Shown here: in pieces, positions 49,629 through 63,490 of the stretch
Numbering within the stretch: the stretch's first letter is position 1
How the letters are laid out: every line of letters starts with the position of its first letter
NCBI RefSeq assembly: GCF_004010195.1
Contig: NC_057728.1
Location: 44,578,381-44,642,380 of the forward strand
Direction of reading: 5' to 3'
DNA length: 64,000 bases
Source of the DNA: Chiloscyllium plagiosum
Lineage: Eukaryota
Translations under genes and position numbers: made by a program
Notes under the pieces: generated by a model
Told to the model about the DNA's origin: nothing
What the model saw: the letters and a program-made list of their open reading frames with translations, nothing else
Database searches by the model: none

Positions 49629-49994
49629 TCATTTGTTTGTCTGTAGCAGCTCTCTTTTTCAAAGAAAAACCCGTTGAAATTAGAAGTTTGATATGTCTGT
49701 TGATGATCCAGGAATATGATCCATGATCATGATACAGCTCAGCTTCATTCCTTCAAACTATGTTCAGAATTGCCCCTTATATACTGCCATGTTCTGGCTA
49801 AAGCAATCTTTTCCTGGATGCTATTTAAGAATTCTGTGCGCAATACGTTTTATTTTGATTTGTCCAAGTTCACATTAGAATTGTTAAAATTTTCTATTGA
49901 AGTTGCCCTATTGCTTGTTACCTCTCAGCAATGTGCCTACAAATTTTTCTGCTTTCACTTTCTGTGATAGCTTTCTGAGACTGTTTTCTTTTGG

Positions 49995-51725
49995 AATAGT
50001 GAGATTGCCTTATGAAGAGAGATTGAGGCAACTGGTTCCATATTCCCTAGAGTTCACAAAATGAGGGATGACCTCATTGCAATTTAAAAACAAAAACCCT
50101 CACAGGACATGTCAGGTGGATGTATTGCACATGTTTGCCAGCTGCAAAACCCAGTGAACCTAACCTGAGGGTAAGGGATAATCATTAAAGACTGAGATGT
50201 AGAGGAATTTCTTCTCTCAGTGAGTGTGTGAAACTTTGGAATTCTGTATACCAAAGGGCTCAATCATTAGGTATGTTCAAGACAGAAATCGATATATTTC
50301 TGGAGGCTAAGGTCATTAAGGGAAGGAGAGAGAGTGCAAGGAAGCAGCATTGAGGTGGATGATCAATCAAAATCTAATCAAATGGCAGATCAGGTCCAAA
50401 GGCTGAATGTTCTAGTTCTGTTGATAACTTTGAGAACATAACAAACAGGGATGAACAAAAAAGAAGCTGTAACTTTGGTGCATTTGGATTTCGAAAAGAC
50501 AGTCAATAAACGTAAAGTCGCCACAGTCCTACTGGACCATAGGACTGCTCCCCAATTAAAGAAGAGAGAGAGAACTAGTGGTGCCTTTACTTGATGGTCA
50601 CCATACCTCATACAAACACAACCCTAAATGCAACCTCAGTGAGTACAGGAATTGAACCCACAATATTGGTGTCACTCTACATCACAAGGAAGCCATGCAG
50701 CCAACTAAGATAACCAATTCCCCACAGTCAACAAGGTGTCACAGGAAAGCTTACAACAAAAGAACTGATGGTCTTAGAATAACTATATTTGCATGGATAG
50801 ATGGTATAATGTAGCTAGTAGAATACCATAGAAATCAATTCTGGGGTCTCAACTATTTGAAAATCATTATAAAGACTTAGATGAAGGGACTGAGTGCATT
50901 GTGGAAGTACAAAGATACATCAGAAAGACTTCTGAAGAAGACACGAAGAATTGCATTAGATTGCAGCCAGATTATGTCTGCGGGAAAAAAAAGGCAGATA
51001 TCGTATAAGATGGCAAAATGCAAGGTTATCCATTTTGGTTGCACCAACAGAGAAATATTTAAATAGAGAAAGACTACACAATGATATGGTCTAGAGGATT
51101 TAGGTGTCTATATTCACAAATTACTGTAAAATTAGCATGCAGTCCAGTACGTATTTAGCTGAGCAAATGAAATAAGCCTTTATTGGACCAAGAATGGTAT
51201 ACAAAAGTAATGGAGTCTTACTCCAGTGCATGAGTGAGATCACAATTAGAATACTACCACAGTTTTGGTCCCTGTACACTGAAGATAATTTTGAGAAGGC
51301 ACAGTACATGGATTACTAGGTTGGAGAGGTTGCATTATGGGGAAAGGTTGAGCAGATTAAGCTTATACTCAAAGGAGTTGGAAGTAAAAGAGGTAACCTT
51401 CTTGAAACATACAAAATTCTGAGGGAGCTAGGGGTGAGAGAATGTTTCCCTTTAAGGGAATCTAGACATAAAAACCCCATAGCTTCAGATTTAGAGGTTT
51501 TCCATTTAAGGCAGAGATGAGGAGAAATTTCTTCCTTCAGAGAAACATTTGTCATTGGAATTCTCCACCCCAGAGAGAAGTGGGGCTTGAGTCATTGAAT
51601 ACATCCAAGACTGGGTTTGACAGATTTTTGATCTACAATAGAACTGAGAGTTTTAAGTATTATAAAGAAAATGGAGTTGAAGCTATAATTAAAAGAGCCA
51701 TGATATTATTGAATGATGAAACAAT
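49995..51725 (+). mobile_element. Two tandem old CR1 fragments (49995-50420 and 50430-51725)
   Basis: RRNFF.QR..WNS and CKVIHFG motifs, CR1 tails. Confidence 0.75.
50511..50723 (-). mobile_element. tRNA-derived SINE (non-HE1 family)
   Basis: Minus strand TATCTTAGTTGG (box A-like) and GGTTCAATTCC (box B); TSD ACAGTCAA(T/C)AA at 50499-50509 and 50724-50734; interrupts a CR1 DF.K...KV motif. Confidence 0.7.
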
Positions 51726-51733
51726 TGCAGATG

Positions 51734-52366
51734 TGTTATGGACCAGTCCAAAACATTGTCAAATCTATCAAGGAGTTAGCATAGACCCTAACATTTATCT
51801 TATTTAAAGACAAGTGTATGGTGTCATGTTCCAGATATAATATGATAGATTACACCACTCACCTTTAAGTGAAACACACTTATTCTTCCCTATGGCTAAA
51901 ATACAAACAAAAGAAAGAAGAATTTGTATAACTTTAACTCTACTGGAAAACGTAATGGAATAATAGATTATTTAACTACCAAACAGCATCTGTTCCAATA
52001 TTATTATATCCCAGAAACACACCCTTGGCAAAAGCAAATTCAGTAAAATAGATTGTCTCATGTGCAATGTTTCTCCAATCCAGGAAGGAAGAAGATTGAG
52101 AGAAAATTCTAGTAGAGGTAGAGGTATAGCAGCTTCCACAGCCAACTTCAAAACTCCAACAAGGAATGAAAGCTAAACTAAAATCCTGGTTCTGTGGGAG
52201 CCTGAATCTACCCATTCATGCTGCTTCTATTGTTCCAACTTAAAAAAAAAGGTCTCACAAATTATTTACTTTACTGGCTTGAAAGAGGTAGCTCAACACT
52301 TATGGCTCAAAACCTTTCCAAAAAAGAAAGGACAATATGAACCTCTTAAAACCCCAGTATGGCATA
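51734..52366. mobile_element. Putative solo LTR
   Basis: Begins TGTTATGG, about 630 bp, and appears to interrupt a CR1 3' tail; no internal domains. Confidence 0.35.
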
Positions 52367-53940
52367 CCCTGCCTCCAATGTTTTTTTTAATGCTTTTGTG
52401 TTTCTGAAAAAGCTGTTCAACTGTGTTTGTATGATCCATGGACTGATATTGGCATGATAACAGATCATTACTTTAGAAAAATCTTCCATGGTTGAATATA
52501 AGTAAGGAATAAGTTCATTTTTTTGCTTCTGAGTGGGCCAGTGTTATAAATTGTAATCTCATTTTGTCAAGTTGCACTGAGGCCTTGTTAAACTGTGATT
52601 TCCCTTGATGTGTGTGGGTGGATGGTGTGGAGGTTGAGGGGGAGGAGCTGATAGAATGTGAGAGCTGGCAGATGCATTTATTGCCTGCCCTGCATGACAA
52701 ATACATAAAGAGGCACTGCAAACGAAATGAAACACAATGGAATTTGCAACTTCCCCTGGACATAAATATTGCTTTTTGCCCTCTTTCAGGCATTTTTCTC
52801 ATTATTTTAGGGCCAAATAATGCTTAGGGCAAGATTTAAATCTATATAAAATTCATTCACTTATGCAGAGTTCAAATTGAATCCTTTGTGCCTGTCAAAG
52901 CTAACTATTGTCAAATGCATTGTTCTGTCTACCTAAAACAGCATTAAAATACAATACAGCAATCTCCTTTCTGAGACATGATGGAATGTTTTACTTCACC
53001 ATCAAATACTGAATTACATTTGATTTGTTAAAATGCCATTTTTGGTATTTTTAAAATCAATGGTCATTAAATATTAGTTCTCATCACTAAATTAAACACG
53101 ATTAAATGTCTATTTCAATAATACATTAAAATGCCTTATTAACGAAAAAAACTATCAGTTAAATAAGAATGTTTTTTTAATGTGTCAGCAATACATCACA
53201 GTAGTTCTCAAAAAGACAAGAAAGACCATAACACAGATAAATGTCCAAAGGTTTAAGGGGTTCTGAAACATTTATTTTGGCAGAACAATATACAGCAAAC
53301 TAAATAATGATTTATAAAGGTTAAGGCTTTCTTCCTCAATTTTGTCTTTATCGTCATCAAATTTTTGGTAATTCATACTAACAAGTTGCCTTAAGCTTAA
53401 TAAAGATAAAGCATGCCTTGCTAATATTTCATTCAATGTCAAAACCTTTTTTCAGCAGTTTCATTGCAGTTAAAAATGGTGTCAAATAAAAAGACTACGT
53501 AGATGCATTTTGTGGGTTACCTGGCTATCCTTGGCACCAGAAATAAAAAGTCTGGAAATAACATTACCATTCTAAGCCATGTGCTGGCAAGCCTGACAAA
53601 TTGCCTACATTCACATCTTCTGTTTATAATCACATTCCAAACTTTTGTTGGTTGTGATCGGGGTTACCAAGAGCTCCAGGGAACATCAAGGTTTGCAACA
53701 TGAGAAGTGTGCATCTGTATCTGGTGGTAACTTGCTGTTGATGCAAACCCCAGTAAGCTCTTTATTATCTAGATGGAAGGTCATTGGAAAGCAAAATACT
53801 GCATATACCGGAGAAACTCAGAAAAAGAAGAATCTCCTGAAGCTTCTGCCAGATCTAATGAGTTTCTCCAGCACTTTTAGTTTTTATTTCAAAATCAATG
53901 TTTGTGGGTAACAGTATTCCCGCAATGAAGGTTGTAATTA

Positions 53941-54030
53941 AGTCAGAAGTCACACAACACCAGGTTATAGTACAACAGGTTTATTTGAAATCACAGGCTT
54001 TTTGGAGTGCTGCTCCTTCATCATGTGAGT
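53941..54030 (-). mobile_element. Penelope pLTR fragment with decayed hammerhead motif
   Basis: Reverse complement CACATGATGAAGGAGCAGCACTCCAAAAAGCCTGTG...AATAAACCTGTTGTACTATAACCTGGTG; same family as 6775 and 58845. Confidence 0.8.
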
Positions 54031-54779
54031 CCACATCAAGGTTGAAACTGCAATTTTAAGTGCTATGAAATGCTAATTAATATTGTAATGTTCAGGGTTG
54101 GGGGAAATGAATGGCACCCTACTGTTTCCTGTTCCTCATTTGACTGCAATGAGTTCTTTTAATTTCAAACAGGTTACAGTTTAATGAATACTTATCTGTT
54201 TATACATTATAATCATATAACCAATTGTCAGTTTTTCTTCTTTATTGTCAGGTTTTCTCAAGCTTTACAATAAAATATGTTAGCTTTATTATATCTAAAC
54301 TGATGCAAGTAAAATAAGTAATAAATACACTGACATTTAGCCACTCGATTTCCACATACACACACACACATATATATGGCTATTGGCACTTGAAACAGAT
54401 TACAGAGTGGCAAAGGATAGGTTGGTTAAATTAGAGTCCATAAAAAGCTAAATTAATATATACTTTTGCAGTTTAGTGACTTAGCCGGTGTCAGGCTACA
54501 TTTGGTTTTCCTGCAGTTTTCCACTGTGATCCTGACGCTTTTGATTTAAAGATGTGGATTCTTGATTTGATGGCTCTTCTAGATTCAATAGTGCTAGGTT
54601 GAATTTTTTTCAGATGACTTTGCCCACAACAGGTGTCTACCTGGATAGTCACAGTTGGTAGAGTTAGCGAACAAGCTGGGTTGGTGAGAGAGGGTAGCAA
54701 GAGGGATAAAATCTGGATATTTTCTCTCAGATGCTTGTTCTCAAATTCTACAGCAAAAACAGGTATTATAACAGGGATT

Positions 54780-57085
54780 CTATTGTAATTATATGTGATT
54801 TTAGGCTGATATAGATTGGACAAACCATATTAGCAATAATATGATGGTAGATGAATTCCTAGCTTGTTTCCAGGATGGTTTATTAGATGAGTGCATTGAG
54901 GAACCAATTAGGGCATAGGCTATCCTAGGCTTAATATTATGCAATGAGAAAGGGTTTTTAATAACATTTAATAATAAAATTTAAATAACAATTAAAAATT
55001 GTGTTGCATGAAGTCCTTTTGAGGAAAGTGACCATAACATGAGAGAATTCTTTGTTGGGTTAGAAAGTCAAGTGGTTCAATCCAAAACTCAGATCCAACT
55101 CTAAACTAAGGAATCTACGAAGATATGAGGCATGAGTTAACTGCGATAGATTAGAGAAATCCATTAGAAGACATGACAGTGGATAAGAAATGGATAATAT
55201 TTAAGAAATGACTGTTTGCATTGCAACTGTTACACATTTATCTCTAGTGCAACAGGAAAGGTAGTTGAACTATTGCTAAAAAAAAAATTAAGGATACAAT
55301 TAGAGCCTAAGAGGAGTAACTTAGAATTTATCGAAGAAGGACCAAGAGATTGAATGGGGGAGAAATGGAGTATGAGAATAAAGTTGCAAGAAACATAGAA
55401 GTGGTTTGTAAAAATGTTAGTAAATGTGTAAAAAAATTAATGTAGGCAAATATATGTCCTGATAATCAACATCCCGAAGTATGAAAGAAGGGTGACCACG
55501 GATATAATGGAGATGTTGGTTGTCATTTTCCAAAATCGTTTAGATTCTGGAATAATTATGGAGGACTGGTGGATGACAAATATAACCCCACTATCAAAAA
55601 AAAAATGAGGAAAGGAGTAAATAGGCAATTACAAACTGGCTAACCTAATATTAGTAGGCATCAAAATTTTGCAGTCTAGTCTAATGAATATAACAACAGG
55701 ACACTTAGAAATAATCAATGGGATTAGACATGGATTTATGCAAGTGAAACCATGTTGAACAAACCCATTGCAGGTCTTTGAGGAAAAATTATTAGAATTG
55801 AAAAGAGAGAACTGGTGGACATGGTGTATTTTTCAGAAAGCTTTTCATAAAATCCTGCATTGGAGGTTAGCATACAAGATAAAAGCATATAGGATTGGAA
55901 GTAATAAACTGGATGGATTGAAAATTGATTAGCAGGCAGGTATTAGAGAGTAGGAATAAATGAGTCTTCTTTGGAGTTAAAGCCAGTGACTAGTGAGGTC
56001 CATAGCAACCTGTGCTTGGCCCCAGCTATTAGCAATATATCTCAACCATTTGGATGAGGGAATCAAATGTGATATTTCAAGTTTGTTGATGACACAAAAC
56101 TAAGGAGAAACTGTAAATGCTGAGGAAGAAATACTGAGCTTTCAAACTAGCTTATCCAAGTTGAATAAATGGGTAAGTACATTGTGGATGTAGTATAGTA
56201 TGGATTAGCATGAAGTTGTTTATTTCAGTAGAAGAACCAGCTTGCTCGAGTATTATATGATTGTGAGAGATTGTGAAGTGCTGATGAACAAAGAGATTGA
56301 AGGCCAAGTATGCAGGTGCAGCAAGGAGTTGGGAAGGAAACAGGTATATTAGCCTTCATTGTAAGAGTATTTGAGGACAGGAGGAAAAAATGCTTTACTC
56401 CAGCTGTACAGAGCCATGGTGATAATTGTGTACAGATTTGTTTTCCATTTTCAAAGAAAAATAGATTAGATTCCTGACACTGTGGAAACAGGCCCTTCAG
56501 CCCCACAAGTCCACACTGACCCCCCGAAGAGTAAGCCACCCAGATCCATTTCCCTCTGACTAATGGACCTAACACTATGGGCTATTTAGCATGGCCAATT
56601 CACCTAACCTGTACATCTTTAGACCATGGGAGGAAACTTGAGTATCTAGAGGAAACCCACGCAGACACAGGGAGAACGTGCAAACTCCACACAGACAGTC
56701 ACCTGAGGCTGGAATCAAACCCAGGTCCCTGGCGTGGTGAAGCAGCAGTGCTGACCACTGAGCCACTGTGCTGCCCCAAAGAGAGTGGACATCAGACATC
56801 ACCTGAATGACATCCTGGAATGATACATTTATTTTAGAGAGATTTGATCATCCAGGCCTAAATTCACTGGAAATTTGAAGAATGAGAATGAAATTTCTAA
56901 AACTCTGACGAGGCTGAACAGATTCAATGCAGGGATGATGCTTCCCTGACTAGGTGTCATGATTCCATAATATGTGGTAGATGATTCAGGACTAAAGTAA
57001 GAAGAATTTCTTTCACTCAGAGTGTTAAACTTGTGAAATTTGTAACCACATAAGGTGGAGGAGGACAACTCACTACATATATTTA
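54780..57085 (+). mobile_element. Old heavily decayed CR1 ORF2
   Basis: EF..CFQDGLL...IEEP, GNYKL, HGFMQ, KFVDDTKL and KNFFHSE-like remnants. Confidence 0.75.
56461..56777 (-). mobile_element. HE1-type V-SINE
   Basis: Reverse complement GGGGCAGCACAGTGGCTCAGTGG...GGTTTGATTCC...TGTGTGGAGTTTGCACGTTCTCC. Confidence 0.92.
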
Positions 57086-57287
57086 ATAAAATATAGCTGC
57101 CTGAAGCATGCGACTGTCAGCCTGACCAGGTTCAGCAGCCTCAGGTTCCAGACTAAATGGCCTCACATCAGTCCCTCAGAGCCCCGACCCACTCCTCCCC
57201 TCCATAGATCAAGTTACCTTGCTCCATCCACTGCAGATGTGGTCACAGCTATTTCCTTGCCTTTGCATAGTTTTATTTCCAGCACAA

Positions 57288-57362
57288 TGGAAAGTTCTGG
57301 ATGTAGGTTTGCTCGCTGAGCTGGAAGGTTCATTTTGGGACGTTTCATCACCCTACTAGGTA
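57288..57362 (-). mobile_element. Penelope terminal fragment with partial hammerhead
   Basis: Minus strand TACCTAGTAGGGTGAT-GAAAC-GTC followed by ...CCTTCCAGCTCAGCGAGCAAACCTACATCC. Confidence 0.55.
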
Positions 57363-57689
57363 GTGAGTTGTCCTCCTCCATCTTATGTGGTTGTGAATTT
57401 TAACTATTAGAGTTGATAGTTCATCGCTGTTTACTTGTGATTAAAATTTACTAATTTATAATAAACAATAGTTATTCTTAAGAACAGCATGGTAGTTTAT
57501 GTTTTGTACTGGAGAGGCTCAGCAATACCTCATCTTCCATCTCAATACCTTACATCCCTCAACATTAGGTTTAACAATTCCGACATTTTACGCCTTCCTA
57601 CATGTTCATTATACACCCCACACCGCCAGGTCTGTTCTGTATACATTGCTCCCAACATAACCAACACATTTTCAACTATTTACACTTCC

Positions 57690-57900
57690 CATTAGCACCC
57701 ATTCAGATATAATCCTTTCCCAGCATGCTCCATCTGCCAATTTTCACCCATTTACATAACCTGTGTTTATTGTATCCCTCTATAGGTACCTGTGTCATCC
57801 TCACTACTTGTCTTCCCACCTATATTTGTGTCATAGTGATGATAGTACATTCACTTACAGCATCCAAGTCATTGATGTACATTGTAAATAATTGTACTGA
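57690..57900 (-). mobile_element. CR1 RT fragment
   Basis: Reverse complement QLFTMYINDLD, DTNIGG and W.KIGR-like motifs. Confidence 0.65.
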
Positions 57901-58658
57901 CAGCATTATTTATAATTTTTCAATGGATTAAATGTTTGCTTTGTGCAGGCTAATACATTCATCCTTAAGATTCTATAAGGTGGAAGCAAGTCTGAATTAA
58001 TATAATGCGAACAACTAATTTTTTGTGAAATCCGAAAACAGGGAACAGAAAATTCGAAGAAGCATGTGATAAGTGATACATCTGATATTGTCTATTTTAC
58101 AGTGTTACTAAAAATGAAATTTGCCCCAGTAACATCAAATTATGGTGTTCTAAACATAGAATTGAAATTAAACTCAACAAAATATTGCTTGATATTTGAT
58201 CGAATAAATGACATAATCAAAAATTTTAATCTCCTCCATTCTTCAGAGGTAGTCTTCAATCTACTTGAAGGCTGGCAAAGAGCATTAAGGTGGACTGCAA
58301 AAGCTCCTATTAATATGCAAAAAGAAAAAGATTAGCAAGGATAATTGCAATCCTATAACTGGTGGAGATGGGAGACTTTTTAGTGGAGAACAGAGAAATG
58401 GCAGAAAAACTAAACTGCTAATTTTCATCTGACGTCACAGAAAATGTATCAGTAAAATTTGGAATCTAAGGGGCATGTATAATTAAAAAACTAAAATAAA
58501 ATACATATTGATAAAGCGATAGTTCTTGAAAGATTAATTTGATTGAAGTTTAACACATTTCCTGAACCAGATGAATTTCATCACTGAGGGTTGAAGGAAG
58601 TAGCAATAGAAATATTTGATGCATATTCTGCATAATTGTATAAATTCTGGAAAGGTTC

Positions 58659-58728
58659 TTGCTGACTGAAAAATCGCGAATTAAAGAATACTATTGCTGA
58701 CTGAAAAATAGCGAATTAAAGAACACTA
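58659..58728 (+). repeat. 35 bp tandem duplication
   Basis: TTGCTGACTGAAAAAT(C/A)GCGAATTAAAGAA(T/C)ACTA twice. Confidence 0.9.
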
Positions 58729-58825
58729 TTTAAGAAAGGAGCAAGGGGATAATGGAGAAAATGGAGGAAAGTGGCTAATATCTATAATAAGGGATGTGAT
58801 AAATAAACATTTATAACATTTACAA

Positions 58826-58926
58826 TTGTGTCCTCCACAACCACCTGATGAAGGAGCAGCACTTCGAAAGCTACTGCTTCCAATTAATCCTGCTGGACTA
58901 TAACCTAGTGTTGTGCGATTTTTAAC
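58826..58926 (+). mobile_element. Penelope pLTR solo insertion with hammerhead motif
   Basis: CAC-CTGATGA-A-GGAG-CAGCA-CTTC-GAAAG-CTA at 58842-58873; TSD CATTTACAA at 58817-58825 and 58927-58935. Confidence 0.85.
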
Positions 58927-59331
58927 CATTTACAAAAAAGTGGCAAAATTGGGTAGAGTCAACGTGGATTTATGAAAACAAAAGTAAAGTTTGACAGATG
59001 TTACTTGTAATATAGATAAAACATACGGCCGTGTATTTGAATTTTTAGAAAGCTTTTGATAAGGTCCCATTCAGGAAGTTAGTAAATAAAACCAGAGCAC
59101 ATCTGATGAGTGAGGGCTGGGGGACGGCTGGTAAATACAGTAGTAAGGTTTGAGAATTAGGTAGTAGACAGATATCAGAAAATAATATTAAACTAATCAT
59201 TCACAGGATGATCACTTTTTTATGAGTTGAGATTAGTGTTCACAATCTACACGAATATACAGTTTCCAAATTTGCTAATGAGTGGAAGTATACTTTGTGA
59301 GAATGGTGCAAGGAGTTTTCTAGAGGATTTG

Positions 59332-59415
59332 TTGAAACTTTATTGCTGGAACAGCACAGCAGGTCAGGCAGCATCCAGGGAACAGGAGATTCGACGTTTC
59401 GGGCACAGGCCCTTC
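59332..59415 (-). mobile_element. Penelope pLTR solo insertion, hammerhead truncated at the core
   Basis: Minus strand GAAGA-A-GGGC-CTGT-GCCC-GAAAC-GTC-GAAT; 14 bp TSD TTCTAGAGGATTTG at 59318-59331 and 59416-59429. Confidence 0.88.
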
Positions 59416-60619
59416 TTCTAGAGGATTTGGGCAAGCTGTGTGAATGGGCTAGAGCAAGGCAGATGAAATGTTATGTAAACAGCTGTAGAGTTAATCACTT
59501 TGACAGAAAGAAAAAGAACAGCAGAATATTTCTTAAATGGCAAAAGTTTGGGAAATGTGGGTGCCCAAAGAGATCTGGGTGTTCTTGTCCATGAATCATC
59601 CAATGCTAGTATATAGTGCAGCAAACAAGTAGAAAGGCAAACGGTATATGTATTTACAGTATGACTTAGGTGATGTATAGGGTAATGAATGTACCTACAG
59701 GCAAGTTTGCAGAATACACAAAACTAAATAGGAAGGCAAGCTGTAAGATGACGCAAAGAGTCTGCAGAGGGATACAGACAGGTTACGCAAATGGGTAACA
59801 ACTTGGAAGGCAGGATATAATGCGGAAAAGTATGAAGTTATGCACTTTAGTAGTTAGAATAGGAGAGCTGAATATTATTAAAATGGAGAAATGGAGAAAG
59901 CAGTAGAATAGAGGGATTTGGGAATCTTTGTTCAAGAATCACAGAAAGCCAGCAACCAAGTTGAGCAGGTAATAGGGAAGTGAAGTGGAATGTTTACCTT
60001 TATTTCAAAGAAAATGTGGTAGAAAAATAGGGAGGCTGTACAAGGTACGAGTCAGACCATTGCTGGAACACTGCACAAGTTGGGGCCCCAAATACAAGCA
60101 TTAGAGATAGTCTAGAGAAAGTTCACTAAGCTGATACCAGTTATGGATGGACTGTTTTATGATGTGAGGCTGGTTAGATTGAACCTGTACTCACTGGAAT
60201 TTAGAAGAATGAGAGGCGATTTTATTGAAACATACAAGATTTTTAGTGTATTTGATAGAATTGATTTGGAAAGATTGTTTCTCCTTGCAGAAGTCTGAGA
60301 TCAGAGGGCATTATATCAGAATAAAGGGTTGCACGCATAAAACAAATGAGGATGAATTTAAATTCTCATAGAGTAGGAATTTGTGGAATTATTTACTGAG
60401 AGAGCTGATGATGTTGTGGCATTAAGTATATTCAATGCTGAGTAGGAAACATTTTTAATCAGTAAGGGAATCAATGGTTTTGAGGAATAGGCAAGAAAAT
60501 GAAGTTGAGGATTATCAAATTGGCCATGATCTCACTGAATGACAGAGCAGTCTCAATGGGATGAACAGCACACTTGTGCTCCTACAGCCTGTGGTCTTAT
60601 GGACTCTAGCAAAATTTCA

Positions 60620-62352
60620 TTGTTATTATCAGGTGAATTCATAATGGACAACAAAGACATGATGGTCTGGTTGAACAAATAATTTGGATCTGTCTTCACA
60701 AAGGAGGACATAGATAACCTTCAGGAAATGCTAAGGGACAGAGGAAGGAAGAACTGAAGGAAATCCTCATTCGTCAAAAAATGGTATTGGGGAAATTGAT
60801 GGGATTAAAACCCAATAAGTCTCCAGGGTCTGATGCTCTGCTTCCCAGATTATTTAAGAAGTAGCCCTAGAAATAGACGACACATTAGTGATCATTTTCC
60901 AGAATTCTATAGATTTGGAAGAGTTCCAATGGACTGCAGGGTAGCTAATGTAATCTTACTTTCTAAACAAAAGGACAGAGAAAAAAAGCAGGGAATTATA
61001 GGCCTGTTAGCCTGACATCAGTATTGGGGAAAATGCTGGAGTCAATCATTAAGGATGTAATAACTAAGTATTTGGAAAGCAGTGACAGAATTGGTCTTGG
61101 TCAGCATTGATTCACTAAAGGGAAATCATGCTTGACAAATCTTTTGGAATTTTTTGAGGGTGTTACCAGTAGAGTGGACAAAAGTGAATCAGTGGATGTT
61201 GTGCATCTGGACTTTCAAAAGGCTTTTGGCAAGGTCCTACACAGACATTAGTGAGGAAAATTAAAGCTCGTGGTGTAGGATGTTACGAATTGACATGGAC
61301 ACAGAAGTGGCTGGCACTCAGGAGGTAGACAGTGGCAGGCAATAACGAGTAGGGTATTGCAGGGTTCAGTGCTAGGACCCCTAGCTGTTCACAATATACA
61401 GAAATTGAATGCAATATCTCCAAATTTTGAGATGACATGAAGCTGGGTGGCAGTGTGTGTTGGTAGGAGGATGTTAAGAGGCTGTGGGGTGATTTGGCAA
61501 GGCTGCTTAATGTACAAATACTTGGCTAATGCAATGTAATGTGAATAAGTGTGAGGTCATCCACTTTAGTCACAAGAACAGGAAGACAGCTTATTATCTG
61601 ACTGGTGGTGGTTTAGGAAAAGGTGAGGTGCAGCGAGACCTGGATGTCATGGTGGAACAGTTGCTGAAGGTTGGCATGTAGGAGCAGCAGGCTGTGAGGA
61701 AAGCTAATGGTATATGGGCCTTCATAGTGAGAGGATCTGAGTATCTGAGTAGGGATAGCTTCCTGCAGTTATACAGGGCCTTGGTGAGGCAACACCTTGA
61801 GTATTGTGTGCAGTTTTGGTCTCCTACTCTGAGGAAGGAAATTCTTGCTATTGAGGGAGTCCAGCGAAGGTTCACCCGACTGATCCCTGGGATGGCAGGA
61901 CTGAAATATGAGGAAAGACCGGATTGACTGGGCTTGTACTCACTAGAACTTAGAAGAATGAGGAGGGAGTTTCATAGAAACATATAAAATCCTGACGGGA
62001 CTGGACAGACTAGATATGGGAAGAATATTCCTGATGTTAGGGAAATCCAGAAGTAGGGGGTCACTGTCTAAGAATAAGGGATAAGCCATCCAGGACAGCA
62101 ATGAGGAGGAATTTCTTCACTCAGGGAGTTGTGAATCTATGGAATTCTCTCCCACAGGAAGCTGTTGGGGCCAGTTTGTTAGATATGTTCAAAAGGGAGC
62201 TGGACGTGAGCCTTGCGGCTAAAGGGATCAAAAGGTTTGGAGAGAAAGCGGGAATGGGATACTGAAATTGCTTGATCAGCCATGAATGATGGTGCGGGCT
62301 TGAAGGGCCAAATGGCCTACTTCTGCACCTATTTTCTATGTTTCCATGTTTC
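60620..62352 (+). mobile_element. CR1 LINE, 5'-truncated
   Basis: KSPGSD, GNYRPVSL, KGKSCLTNLLEFF and LYRALVRQHLEYCVQFWSP motifs; tail TTCTATGTTTCCATGTTTC. Confidence 0.93.
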
Positions 62353-62754
62353 AGCTGGAGACTGGGAGAAAGTCTTAGAATTTCTCAGCCACACCCTCTA
62401 AGTTGTGCTCAAATATGAAAGCAATGAAACTGACCCTGACATAACATGAGCAGGATTTTTCAGTTTGTTTTCTAACATGCTACAACAAAGAAAAAATATA
62501 TGATAGAAATTAATATAATCGAAACAATGTCATTCACAGCAATGCCTTTTAAAAAGAACTCCAATGTTATTCAAGTCAAAGAACTGTCAATTGACGTTAG
62601 ACTATTCTGGTGTTGCAACACTTACTGTGATCAGTGATTACAGTGTCTCCTATGCGAAATGTTGTACCATTGCCCAAATACAAATAAAAGAATGAAGAAA
62701 AATTGCCCAGTTTTTATGGTGAGAATAACTGTTAGCCTTTCAACATTTGCCATG

Positions 62755-63100
62755 CACGTGTAGGAAATGGAAGCAGGAAGAATCCTTTTGTCCCCTCAAG
62801 CTTGCTCTGCAATCAGTAATGTAATTAATAGATGATATTCTGGCTGGAAATATCTGAATGCCATTTTCCTGCACTAGTCCAATATCCCCTAATGTCTCTT
62901 TAATAGCAAGAACTTGATTGATCTCTTGTCTTGAAATTATTCCATGATTGAATCTCCACATTCCATGACAGAGAATCCCAAGGATTCATCTCCTGCCCTG
63001 GAATGAAGATATTCTTTCTTATTTCAGTCCTAAATGACCTACCTCTTATTCTGAGTCTGTGACCCCTCGTTTGGGACCCCAACCCTGCTGACATCTACTG
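62755..63100 (-). mobile_element. CR1 3' fragment
   Basis: ORF 62900-63094 TRGHRLRIRGRSFRTEIRKNIF. Confidence 0.8.
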
Positions 63101-63274
63101 TTTGGAGCCTACATGAATTTTGTCACTGCTTGTCTGTTTAATAAAGGAAATCTGAAAGCAACCTCTGTAGTTTGCAAGTTACTGTGTACATCCCAAAGTT
63201 GCTGCCATAGCTAATATACTCCTACACAATCATGCTGTTGGAGTACTCCTCAGTACACTCAGAACTGAAATCAT

Positions 63275-63490
63275 TGCACAGAAGATTTGGAAAGTGATGT
63301 AGTATGTTTTGTCAAATTTCATCCTGAGCAGTTCTGTAATGCAAGACACTGTGCTCAATGTACTGTTTGCAGGGATGCAGACCAAACCAAATATCAAATA
63401 CTGAGAGAGGACCATTGATTTAGTGAAAGGGGCTCTTTGGTCTGCAAAAAACCTGCTGGTCTTCCAGTGTACAGAGCTGTCAGTGCTACC
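63275..63490 (+). mobile_element. Tx1/L1-clade LINE C-terminal fragment
   Basis: FIL SSSVMQDTVL...RTIDLVKGALWSAKNLLVFQCTELS. Confidence 0.7.

Larger units (their letters stand above)
58300..60602 (+). mobile_element. Old CR1 fragments (58300-59650 and 59670-60602)
   Basis: QRGFMK, F.KAFDKVPF, RVNHFDRK, LQRDTDRL and RMRGDFIETYKI motifs; CR1 tail CTTATG. Confidence 0.8.
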
